The notes: generated by a model from the letters alone, not told the origin. A DNA stretch of 27,707 nt from Candidatus Zixiibacteriota bacterium (GCA_040235515.1 JBECKX010000046.1:1-27707), one strand, 5' to 3'; positions 1-8,409 are shown, counted from the first letter of the stretch. Numbers and translations are program-made.

Positions 1-476
1 ATGCGAGACCTCGCCGCCCGCTTCTCCCTGTTACGTCTCAGCTGTTTTTTGCCGTTGAGTTGACAGTCTTCGCCATGCTCCGACAGCTGCCCACTCAAAT
101 CCTTTGAATTGCGTCCTTTTTGAGTGCCAACTGCTGCAGCGCCTTACACCAAAAAAATCGGCTTGAGGTCGAGAACTAATGAGTCGATCTGTCGCGTCTG
201 CTCGATCTTTGCGCAGGGCAGATGGCCCCGATTTGAAACAGCCGCCGTCGATTCGCGGCTTCTACTTTTGACTTGCTGGAAAGATTGAACTTTCACAATT
301 TACCAGCGATTGCCGACCAATTCTGTTTTGAATGCTTTGCTGGTTGGATTCGGCAGATCCACACGGAATTAGATTGGAGTAATGATAACGCAACGGCGAC
401 CCGCTCTGAGTGCAGGCGCTGTGCGTTCTTGCGCGGCTATAACACCTGCTGGACAGGGAAAGTCGGGGAGGTTACG

Positions 477-1127
477 ATGGTATTCAATCTCATCGCTCTC
501 TTGTTCGTTTTGGGATTCATAGCGATTGGTTCGAAGAAGGGGTTCGTGCGCGAATTGATGGCGCTGGTGGGGCTGGCTGCGGCGCTGGTGATTACAACCG
601 GAAAGCTAGATTTCGTGGCAGTCGAGGTAGGGAATTCAATCAATGCCTCACCCCTGGCCCTCGCGATCATAGCCTACATACTGGTGTTGGGGTTGCTCTA
701 CGCGATCTTCAAGCTGGCGGCGAAAGCGCTGGTGAAAATGGTTTCTCCTCAGAAGATGGGGGAACGGGACAAATACGGCGGTGCGGTCGTTGGCGCGATT
801 CGCGGCTGGCTGGTTGTCGGCGCCGTGATTTTCGTCACGATCCTGATGCCGCTGCCGCGTTCCTACTACGACCTGCTGGATCAGTCCGTGCTGGCAACCT
901 CCGCTGCCAGATCGATTCAGGTCATCTACGACACGTCGAATCCGCTGCATAAGGAATGGCCCACATTTCTTGACCAGGTCGACAATACCCTGAATCTTCA
1001 GGAGACCAGCATCGACAACGAGAAGATGCGCAAGAAGCCAAAAGAGAAGCTGCTGCGGTATCACGTCTCGATTCAGGCTGCGCGTGATCGCCTTGCGTAT
1101 TTCTATGGAGATGCCGAGGAGTATTGA
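477..1127 (+). CDS. cvpA: CvpA (colicin V production) family membrane protein, 216 aa
   Basis: Start moved to ATG 477 behind GGAGG. Four hydrophobic segments, with G..KGFVREL..L.G and DKYGGAVVGAIRG motifs typical of CvpA. Confidence 0.85.
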   Translation: MVFNLIALLFVLGFIAIGSKKGFVRELMALVGLAAALVITTGKLDFVAVEVGNSINASPLALAIIAYILVLGLLYAIFKLAAKALVKMVSPQKMGERDKYGGAVVGAIRGWLVVGAVIFVTILMPLPRSYYDLLDQSVLATSAARSIQVIYDTSNPLHKEWPTFLDQVDNTLNLQETSIDNEKMRKKPKEKLLRYHVSIQAARDRLAYFYGDAEEY

Positions 1128-1169
1128 TCGCGGGCCAGTGAGACTCGGGAGGGGAGGGGGCCGTCGCCA

Positions 1170-1985
1170 CTAACCTCTGACGAAAATAGTCCCATAGCGC
1201 CGCCGCCAGTTGCGTCGCTTCCTCGAGAATGGCTCAAGACCCCAGTAGTGGTAGGGCCAGCCGTTGCAGCGTGAGCGGCGACCATCTTCATGAATCCCCT
1301 CGATCTCAAACTCCAGAGGCGTCAATCCGAACTTCTTTGTCAGGTGGATCCGCATATCGAGGTCCATCCCCTCACAGAATAGCACGGCGTGTTCGCGCAT
1401 CAATGAAACGATGTTGGCGAATGCTCTCTTCGCTGTCCTGCGATCGAGGTTGAAGAGGAGGTTCTGCGCGAAGACAACGTCACCGGCTCTGATTTGCTCA
1501 GTCACGTCCGGTGCCAGCAAGTCGGCGCGCTGAAACGTGGCAAATCGTTTGAGGTCGTTTCGCATCACGAATTCATCCTCACTCGCTCTCATAAAGGTCT
1601 CCCGCATTCCGAGGGGGATCGGCGATTTCATCACCGCAGCCGAATCGTAGTGGGCCACTTCAGCTTTCCGAATTACTTCTTCACTGATGTCATATGCATA
1701 GATGTGAAACGCCAGCCCCGGTCGGTGCGCCAGCAGACAGGTGATGATCGAGTAGACCTCCTCACCTGTTGAACAGCCGATTACGGTGATCTCAAGGGGG
1801 CGCGCATCGAGCGCAGGGAGGATTCGATCAAGCACAGGTCCGGCGAGGGCCTGATACTGGCCCGGAAGCCGGTAGAATTGGGTAATGGTCTGCCACGAGT
1901 CGCGTTTCTCGAAATGAAGCGCAACCTGGTAGCGCAGATGTTTGTAGCCCGTTTTTCTGGTCAGCCATCTTGGTAAAGCAACCAT
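1170..1985 (-). CDS. CheR-family SAM-dependent methyltransferase (divergent, catalytic domain only), 271 aa
   Basis: GCSTGEEVYSI, AYDIS..V..KA..A.Y, F..ADLL and DVVFAQNLL match the CheR C-terminal motifs. GGAGG RBS precedes ATG 1985. Confidence 0.75.
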   Translation of the reverse strand: MVALPRWLTRKTGYKHLRYQVALHFEKRDSWQTITQFYRLPGQYQALAGPVLDRILPALDARPLEITVIGCSTGEEVYSIITCLLAHRPGLAFHIYAYDISEEVIRKAEVAHYDSAAVMKSPIPLGMRETFMRASEDEFVMRNDLKRFATFQRADLLAPDVTEQIRAGDVVFAQNLLFNLDRRTAKRAFANIVSLMREHAVLFCEGMDLDMRIHLTKKFGLTPLEFEIEGIHEDGRRSRCNGWPYHYWGLEPFSRKRRNWRRRYGTIFVRG

Positions 1986-2209
1986 GGCGGTATCGCCTCC
2001 GCAATAGTAAACATGCGCGACTGCCGGGGCGTGACGACGCGACGGCGATCGCAAACTGCTGTACCTTCCGTTGGTTCAAGATGTCCGTGTACGTTAAACA
2101 TAATGATCGAAGTGGCACTGTCAATGGAGAAGTGAGATTGAGGAGTGGGCAAGCAGCAGAGTGATTGTTGAAGCGGTTTCTGTCGGGAAACCTGCGCTCC
2201 GGCTGTAAA

Positions 2210-2585
2210 TGGAGAAAACCGGAGATGGCGGGCGCCATCGCCGGTTTTCATCGAGCAACTTGCCGTTACTACTAACCCGGTAACTCAAGGTCTTATGGGT
2301 GGGCAAGTGTAAAGCGGTTGGAGGCTTTGTGGCTTTTCAGCTTTCAGGTCTTCAGTGAATTGGTCTTAACCCTCTACTCGCCTCCGGGCGCCGCTATATG
2401 GGGCATCCTTACCCTCCGACAGTCGCTGTCTCACTAACCAACTGCCGGAGACTTCCGTGTCGAGTTCTGCGTTATCTGCAGGGAGCGAATCTACTCACTC
2501 CCTGCTGATCGGTAATGCAAAACGCTTTAGTAAGTGAGTCAGCGTAAACCTTACGGTTCGATGACACGGTTAATAACTCACTTGG
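2210..2585 (-). ncRNA. Candidate ~375-nt multi-stem structured RNA of unknown family
   Basis: No credible ORF. Stems at 2575-2583/2532-2540, 2478-2505, 2414-2450 and 2258-2264/2302-2308; the first three need G-U pairs on the minus strand. Bounded by a sigma54-like promoter and a terminator. Confidence 0.5.
2214..2249 (-). terminator. Intrinsic terminator-like hairpin (possibly bidirectional)
   Basis: GAAAACCGG-a-GATGGC gggc GCCATC-g-CCGGTTTTC inverted repeat, giving a T4 tract on each strand. Confidence 0.6.
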
Positions 2586-2595
2586 CCTTATATAT

Positions 2596-2611
2596 AACAA
2601 CAGTTGTGCCA
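2596..2611 (-). promoter_or_regulatory. sigma54-like promoter (-24/-12)
   Basis: Minus strand reads TGGCAC-AACTG-TTGTT, one key mismatch to TTGCW. An IHF-like 25-bp element lies 29 bp upstream (2639-2663), the same geometry as the 6396-6462 promoter. Confidence 0.5.
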
Positions 2612-2808
2612 AACTCGGAGTTCGCACAAAGAGAGCTATAAGCCGTTGTCAAACTTTGATTTACACTTAGAGGCTTTGGGGTGCCCGCCGAGCGGATAGG
2701 CATATCCTGCGCCGGCAAAACATCAAACATTCAACGTAAAATCGTTAATCCACTGTCGGGTAATGAGTTAAAGGGACGCAAATTCTGCGGGTCGCAGGCA
2801 AAAAGAAA

Positions 2809-2898
2809 CGAGTGCTGTCTGTTGATTATTGCGGGGAACACAAGTTGGAGATCTTTGAATGCTTTTGGCTTGTGTTGGAACCAGACAAACAACACTCG
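2809..2898. repeat. Long imperfect inverted repeat
   Basis: Outer arms CGAGTGCTGTCTGT / ACAAACAACACTCG; inner arms AACACAAG (2837-2844) / CTTGTGTT (2869-2876). Confidence 0.7.
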
Positions 2899-3089
2899 CT
2901 TGCGATAGCTCTCCGAAACAAATGTCTCGTCAAGTATCGGCAGAGGATATATAGCACACCGACTCGCACTGCGCAAGTCGATTTTTCATCAAAAATTCGG
3001 ACTCTGATTTTGACCAGTAATTCTCGCTGATTTTGTAGTAAATCACACCAAGAAGCGGCAGAGGGGAATCGGTAGGAGGACATCAAATA

Positions 3090-4394
3090 GTGAACCTAAG
3101 ACGATTTCTACCTCTTGGCGGCGCAAAAGCAGCAAAGGGCAATGCGGTTGATTCCCGGGCGGAGTCGCTCGCGGCCCGCAAATCGGGAATCGCGCGTGGC
3201 CTGGCTGCGCCGCGACTAAAGCATTTCGACAGCAACTCTGAGAGTTTGCTCGCGCTCTCGATCGACCAACACTCACTGGGCCGGTCACGGCTCGAATTGT
3301 ACCGTTTTCTGCGGGATCAGGTACCGATACTCAACTCGGTCATCTGGACCTGGGTCAGACTTTGTGCTTCCCCCTACGAATATCAGATCGTCTCGACGGT
3401 CGATGAGGCAACGGAACGACGCATCTCAGATATCATCCATGCGCTCGATTGCCGCGTATACCGCAATGGCCTGATGCAGCTCGGTGGTTTCCGTGAATTG
3501 CTGCTTCAATGCTTCGAGTCGCTCTTCACCGATGGCTCTGTCTGTGGTGAGATTCAATTGACCCCTTCAAAACGACAGGTCGACCGCTTCCTGATCGCAG
3601 ACATGCGTACGATCGAAATCGAGTCGGAAGGGGAAGCGTACTCACTCTATCAACGACACGGCGAGCGACGGACCCGACTCAATCCGCGAACCATGTTCTA
3701 CTATGGCCTCAATTCGCAACCGGGCGATCCGCGCGGAATCTCATTGCTCAAGGCTATTCCATTCGTTGCCAGGGTTGAACAGGCTCTGGTCAGTGATATG
3801 CATCGAGCGATGCGGTCGGCCGGTTACCAGCGTATTCATGTGAAGATCACACCGCCGGAAAAGCTGCCCGGTGAGGCCGATAGCGACTACATCAATCGAG
3901 CCAATAACTACTTCGATAACACCGTGGGGATGATGCGCGATTTTGGGCCCGATGTAAACCCGGTTACCTGGGATGATGTCAAGATCGAGTATGTCGGACC
4001 CTCCGCGCGCAGTTCAAGCAACAACGCCTGGTACTTGAATCACAAGTCGATGATCGAGGATATCTGTGCCGGGACCCATCTGGCTCCGTTCATGCTTGGT
4101 TACGCTTACGGTACCACGCATAACTGGGCCGAGTTCAAGTATGAACTGGTGCAACGTCAGGTCCTGACCGTACAGAATGCCGCCGCGTCCTTGCTGAACT
4201 GGATCGCGAACATCGAGCTGGCGCTGCAGGGGATCAACGCCGAGGTGCGCTTCAGCTTCGAGAACCGCGCCCATGTCGGACTGACCGACCGAGCCGCTGC
4301 GCAGAAGACTCAAATCGAGAACATAATCAAGCTCCTCGACAACGAACTGATCACGCGTGAACAGGCGCAGCGTGAACTGGAGCGAATCCGTTGA
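3090..4394 (+). CDS. Phage portal protein, 434 aa
   Basis: AGGAGG RBS and GTG start. Size, the helical N-terminal LYRFLRDQVPILNSVI and the GDPRGISLLKAIPF clip-like motif fit a portal; it is adjacent to terminase and capsid genes. Confidence 0.75.
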   Translation: MNLRRFLPLGGAKAAKGNAVDSRAESLAARKSGIARGLAAPRLKHFDSNSESLLALSIDQHSLGRSRLELYRFLRDQVPILNSVIWTWVRLCASPYEYQIVSTVDEATERRISDIIHALDCRVYRNGLMQLGGFRELLLQCFESLFTDGSVCGEIQLTPSKRQVDRFLIADMRTIEIESEGEAYSLYQRHGERRTRLNPRTMFYYGLNSQPGDPRGISLLKAIPFVARVEQALVSDMHRAMRSAGYQRIHVKITPPEKLPGEADSDYINRANNYFDNTVGMMRDFGPDVNPVTWDDVKIEYVGPSARSSSNNAWYLNHKSMIEDICAGTHLAPFMLGYAYGTTHNWAEFKYELVQRQVLTVQNAAASLLNWIANIELALQGINAEVRFSFENRAHVGLTDRAAAQKTQIENIIKLLDNELITREQAQRELERIR

Positions 4395-4451
4395 GCAGGC
4401 GTTCTTTAGTGACAATGAAAACAGACCCGGCCCCTGCTTCACTTCCTGTCC

Positions 4452-4531
4452 TGCGCGCTGTGTAGTCGCTACTCGCTGTACAGACGCGCACCCCTCGGGC
4501 AGCCTGGTCGCCAGAACTCGGCCGGCTGCCC
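4452..4531 (+). promoter_or_regulatory. Two tandem GC-rich hairpins between portal and terminase
   Basis: TGCGCG-CTGTGTAG...CTGTACAG-a-CGCGCA (4452-4490) and GGGCAGCC...GGCTGCCC (4497-4531). Confidence 0.5.
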
Positions 4532-4570
4532 ACCATAAACCTTCCATTACTATTCAGAGAAAACTGCCCA

Positions 4571-5917
4571 ATGCACAAGGGACCTTCAATTGTTATCAGC
4601 AGAGGCAATCGCTGGCGTCGCAGCGTGACAGATCCTGTACTCTTCTGCCGCGAATTCCTTGAATTCGATCCGCATCCGGGGCAGGAGGCTTGGCTACGTG
4701 GTTCGAACCACTCGCAAAACCTGCTTGTCACGGGCAATCGCTGGGGAAAATCTCACATTCAGGCGGCAAAGATTCTCCATCGTGCCATCTTTCGTATCAG
4801 GGATCTGAAGTTTGATCGGGCAAGACATTACAACATTCTCAACCTCTCGATAACGCAGGACCAAGCCAACATCATCTTCCGCAAATGCCTCCAACTACTT
4901 GAGGGAAAGCCGCTGCTTGAGTTGCTGATCCAGAGAGTCGTCCATACGCCGTTCCCACGACTGGAGTTCAGCAACGGTGCTTCCGTGATGGCAAGGAGTT
5001 CGCAGAACCGCGGAGAGTACATACTCGGACACGATTTCGACTACATCAACTTCGATGAAGTCGCCTTTGAATTGCATCCTGACTATGTCGTTGACGAGGT
5101 GTTGACGATGCGTCTTGCAGATCGCAAGGGGAGGCTTGACCTGGTCTCGACCCCATGCGGCAAGAACTGGTTTTATCGCAAATTCCTCGAACTGCAGTCG
5201 CACACCGATGGTTTTGTGCATTCGGGGTCGTCGCGTGATAATCCGTTTATCGCGCAGGAGTATGTTGCATCTCGCTCGGAAGCGCTCTCCCCGAAGCGGG
5301 TGCAGCAGAACATCGATGGCGAATTCGTCGATGCGGAAGACCAGGTCATCTCGGAGGAGAGTCTGCAGCGAGCATTAACGCAAACCACCGGGCTTGCCGG
5401 CAGGAAGGAGCACCACCGCTATCTGACCGGGTGGGATTTAGCGCGCAAGTCGACGCATACCGTCGGGGTAACGCTGGATGTCACCACGCGACCGTACCAG
5501 GTGGTAGCCGTCGAACGATTCAACCGGATCGATTGGCCGATGGTTTATGCCCGTATCCGTAAACGAAAGCTCAAGTACGGAGGAGACACGGTGATCGATT
5601 CCACCGGGTTGGGGGATGTGGTGATCTCAGATGTGGGGGATATCAAGCCTATCGGCTTCGTCTTCACGAAGCGTTCCAAATCGGAGTTGCTGCTGAATTT
5701 GCAGATGACATTTGAACGCGGCGAGCTGGGATTACCATATATCGAGTTCGGACTGGGGAGCGACCAGTACTGGAACTTTACCGACGAACTGCGAGAATTG
5801 CGCTGGGAAGAGAACAATCATTGTGATGGTGCGATGGCGCTTGCCCTGGCCCTATGGGGAATGCGGCCGGATGTCGAGAGTCCGACACGGCCGCATTTCA
5901 AGCTTGGTCAAGTGTAA
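4571..5917 (+). CDS. Phage terminase large subunit, 448 aa
   Basis: Q motif (HPGQ), Walker A GNRWGKS, Walker B YINFDE, motif C STP, and RNase H-like nuclease acids GWD, IDSTG and HCD. Confidence 0.93.
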   Translation: MHKGPSIVISRGNRWRRSVTDPVLFCREFLEFDPHPGQEAWLRGSNHSQNLLVTGNRWGKSHIQAAKILHRAIFRIRDLKFDRARHYNILNLSITQDQANIIFRKCLQLLEGKPLLELLIQRVVHTPFPRLEFSNGASVMARSSQNRGEYILGHDFDYINFDEVAFELHPDYVVDEVLTMRLADRKGRLDLVSTPCGKNWFYRKFLELQSHTDGFVHSGSSRDNPFIAQEYVASRSEALSPKRVQQNIDGEFVDAEDQVISEESLQRALTQTTGLAGRKEHHRYLTGWDLARKSTHTVGVTLDVTTRPYQVVAVERFNRIDWPMVYARIRKRKLKYGGDTVIDSTGLGDVVISDVGDIKPIGFVFTKRSKSELLLNLQMTFERGELGLPYIEFGLGSDQYWNFTDELRELRWEENNHCDGAMALALALWGMRPDVESPTRPHFKLGQV

Positions 5918-5985
5918 GCTTACGGGCTTATGGGGAAAAGTACAGGAGGTCTCTCGGTGTGACCGAACGGGGGTGGGCTCGCAAT

Positions 5986-6366
5986 CTAGCGCGCGTGTCT
6001 GCGGCGATTTACGATCCCGGCTCCGGCAAGTCCCATTCCGAGTAGCAGGAGAGTCGTCGGCTCCGGAACACTGGTCGGTGGGTTAAACTCCTCACCGATG
6101 ATTTCACCACCATCCCACGGACGGTAATAGTCGTCGTGGTTGAAGTAGTTGGGATCCATAAAGCCGTTATTGAGCTGGATTGAGTGGAGCGTCGGGGTGA
6201 TGCTCGAAGTCGGCAACTGGTCCGTCAGCACCGGCTCGGTGAAATGGAAGCTGGCACTCGACATGCCGTCGGCGTTCTCAAAGCTCAAAGCCAGGATGAA
6301 CAGAACCGTTAGCAGCCCGATCAGCGTCAGTTTCATGCCATTCCAAATTGTGTCTACTCTATTCAT
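5986..6366 (-). CDS. PEP-CTERM exosortase-sorted protein, 126 aa
   Basis: N-terminal signal peptide; C-terminal VPEPTTLLLLGMGLAGAGIVNRRRHAR; GAGGAG RBS before ATG 6366. Confidence 0.92.
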   Translation of the reverse strand: MNRVDTIWNGMKLTLIGLLTVLFILALSFENADGMSSASFHFTEPVLTDQLPTSSITPTLHSIQLNNGFMDPNYFNHDDYYRPWDGGEIIGEEFNPPTSVPEPTTLLLLGMGLAGAGIVNRRRHAR

Positions 6367-6395
6367 AGAATACTCCTCATTCTGTCCTCGACTAA

Positions 6396-6523
6396 TGCAA
6401 CTGTCGTGCCGAGTTACAGAGGGTTCAAGAACGAGCATAAGCTGCAATTCAACAATATCTTACGCAACAACGAATTATGGCGGACTCGCAGGTGTGCAGA
6501 CAGCTTCTATGCAAAACTTTTCA
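6396..6523 (-). promoter_or_regulatory. sigma54 promoter with IHF-like site and PEP-CTERM-box-like enhancer
   Basis: CGGCAC-GACAG-TTGCA (6411-6396); TAAG-N17-CTTA at 6438-6462; TGCAAA-AC-TTTTCA at 6510-6523, resembling TGTAAA-N2-TTTACA. Confidence 0.8.
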
Positions 6524-6594
6524 GTTTAGTTGCTAACCGTCGGTTGGCGGCTTGTTGTGATTTTGAGGAAAACTCGGCCCCGGTGGGTAAGTGA

Positions 6595-7665
6595 ATGCAG
6601 TTTTCGACATGGAGGAAACAATTGTACTCGCTTACCGGACACCTTTCCGTAATTCCGAAGCTGGCGTCACTGTCGATCGACCGTGAATCGCTCCTGCTGG
6701 AGCTGAATCGCAGGATCGCTCCGAAACAGCCGCTGACAACTGAGAACATCAATCTCGGGGTACTTCATGCCGCATCGAATCAAGTGAACATCCAGGGAGG
6801 CTGTTTCGAGCAGGCGGAACTTGAGAGGCTGGCTGATCTGCTGATCGATGCGCCGGTGATGGTAGGACATCAGAAGCAGGAACTCCCGATCGGCAGGGTA
6901 TTCAAGGCAGATCTCATCACACGTGACGGCGCCCCCTGGCTTCGTGCCTTCTTCTACTGGTCGCAGCTCCACCCGCGTGCCGAGGAGTTGAGAAGCGGAA
7001 TCGATAGCGGAATCTATCGGGAGTGCTCGCTCGGCTTTCTCTATCACCGTCCCGAGTGCGCGATCTGCCGCGAGGATATGCGTCGCTGTCGTCACCGCGT
7101 GAATGAAGTGGTGCAGGTCGGTACCAGGAGCCTTCGCGCCTTCTACTACTACAAAGAGATTCAGAAGGTGCTGGAGATTTCGCTGGTCTACCGGGGGGCG
7201 GTGGAGGGCACTTCAGTCTCAACCCTGAAAATCGACTCCCGTGAGAGCCAATCAGCCGGTCAGGACATCTGCCGTGATAAGGGTGAATTCTCCCCAAAGC
7301 AGTTTGAGGCGTATCAGACGGATCAGGATCAACTCCACCTGCGACTGAAAGACAACCACGCGGGTCGCTGGTTGACGCTGACCCGGTTTGACCCGAAGCG
7401 CCTGAATGCAGGCTGCCGCTTCGAAATCAGTGCTCCAGCTCAATGGCCGCATTGCTGCCATCAATCTCTCCGGTTGACGGACAGGGGAAGCTGCCGCGTC
7501 CAGAGTGTTGAGGCCGATGGAGCGGTGATCCTGAGCTTCAACGGCAACTCCCTGAATGGGCTCTATCGGATCGCGGCCGAACCGAACATTGCCACCGGGG
7601 AGACTACACTCTTCTTCAAGCGCATAGCCGCTGCCGGAGACTTCGGCGGAGTTTTCAATGAGTAG
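6595..7665 (+). CDS. Prohead (capsid maturation) protease with Zn-finger insert and extra C-terminal domain, 356 aa
   Basis: PVMVGH...PIGRV (His), IDSGIYRECSLGF (Ser), a CAIC...CRH insert and EISLVY.GA fit the HK97/herpes-like protease fold. It lies between TerL and the capsid gene. Confidence 0.78.
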   Translation: MQFSTWRKQLYSLTGHLSVIPKLASLSIDRESLLLELNRRIAPKQPLTTENINLGVLHAASNQVNIQGGCFEQAELERLADLLIDAPVMVGHQKQELPIGRVFKADLITRDGAPWLRAFFYWSQLHPRAEELRSGIDSGIYRECSLGFLYHRPECAICREDMRRCRHRVNEVVQVGTRSLRAFYYYKEIQKVLEISLVYRGAVEGTSVSTLKIDSRESQSAGQDICRDKGEFSPKQFEAYQTDQDQLHLRLKDNHAGRWLTLTRFDPKRLNAGCRFEISAPAQWPHCCHQSLRLTDRGSCRVQSVEADGAVILSFNGNSLNGLYRIAAEPNIATGETTLFFKRIAAAGDFGGVFNE

Positions 7666-7969
7666 TCAGGGCTCAAGCAGTGATCAATTCAAGCTCTTGC
7701 AGCGAGGTCGTTTGGTTCGATTCATAGTCACCATCGTCATCGCCACCGCCGGCATCCTGACCACCTACCACACCACGATTTATGGACTCCGTGAGGAGTT
7801 GAACAGGAAAGCCGACCGTGAACTGGTGGCAGCAATCGACAGCCACCTGGTTCGGATAGAGACGATTTTGAACGAACGGATGGCAACCAAAGCTGAACTG
7901 CAACAAACCAGAGAAGCGCTGACCGAGAAACTCAATTCAATCGAACTACAGCTACGCTCGTTACCCTGA
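7658..7969 (+). CDS. Small single-TM coiled-coil protein, 103 aa
   Basis: Hydrophobic FIVTIVIATAGIL followed by a heptad-like helix; overlaps the protease stop. Confidence 0.65.
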   Translation: MSSQGSSSDQFKLLQRGRLVRFIVTIVIATAGILTTYHTTIYGLREELNRKADRELVAAIDSHLVRIETILNERMATKAELQQTREALTEKLNSIELQLRSLP

Positions 7970-8013
7970 TCAGCCAGATTGGAATCGATACAACCCTCAA
8001 GAAGAGAGGAACC

Positions 8014-8409
8014 ATGAATCTTACAGATCTGAGCGTGACTCTGCGCGAGAGTGCGCGCCTGTTGCAGGAAGGACTGTTGGGTGAACTCGACCCCTCCGAC
8101 CTCGCACGAAATCTTACCGCCGCCGCCGAGCTGCTTGTCGCCGCAAAAGATGATCGCAACATAGCGGGGCGCATGCTCGAACAATTTCGCGACGAACTGC
8201 GTCGCCGGGCACGCGCCGTCGCAAAGCTATCGGGAGGCGACTCCGCACTGATCGAAAGACTGATCGATGGCGCGGAAACGAGCTTCGATGACCTGGTCAA
8301 GCTTGGCAAGCAATTGAGCGCCGACTTTGACAGGGCGTTCTCGGCGTCCCTCGCAGAAGCTGACAAGCCGCCTCATCCCGACGAGCAACTCGCGGCTTTC
8401 AAGTCGTAA
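8014..8409 (+). CDS. Helical protein, putative capsid scaffold, 131 aa
   Basis: GAGGA RBS; charged, all-alpha composition; position before the decoration and capsid genes. Confidence 0.55.
   Translation: MNLTDLSVTLRESARLLQEGLLGELDPSDLARNLTAAAELLVAAKDDRNIAGRMLEQFRDELRRRARAVAKLSGGDSALIERLIDGAETSFDDLVKLGKQLSADFDRAFSASLAEADKPPHPDEQLAAFKS

Noticed and set aside
1..130. Short minus-strand ORF MAKTVNSTAKNS and a CACTCAAA/TTTGAGTG stem
   Set aside because: Too short and at the window edge; cannot be supported.
273..476. Longer N-termini given by the ORF track (also 2054, 6447, 11527, 12858, 13094, 14590, 18614)
   Set aside because: Downstream starts have better RBSs, coupling or signal peptides.
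2210..2585. Identity as tmRNA or RNase P RNA based on size
   Set aside because: No tRNA-like ends or T-loop, and no GAGGAAAGUCC or CAGAACCCGGCUUA signature.
2772..2800. GGGACGCAAA...GGGTC resembling a c-di-GMP-I riboswitch
   Set aside because: The upstream GGCAAA-stem-GAAA tetraloop is missing at the required spacing.
2831..2841. Reverse complement GTGTTCCCCGC matches the start of type I-E CRISPR repeats
   Set aside because: Single 11-nt match, with no array and no cas genes.
4357..4662. 101-aa ORF bridging portal and TerL as a small terminase
   Set aside because: Overlaps both genes, has atypical composition, and the region is better explained by hairpins.
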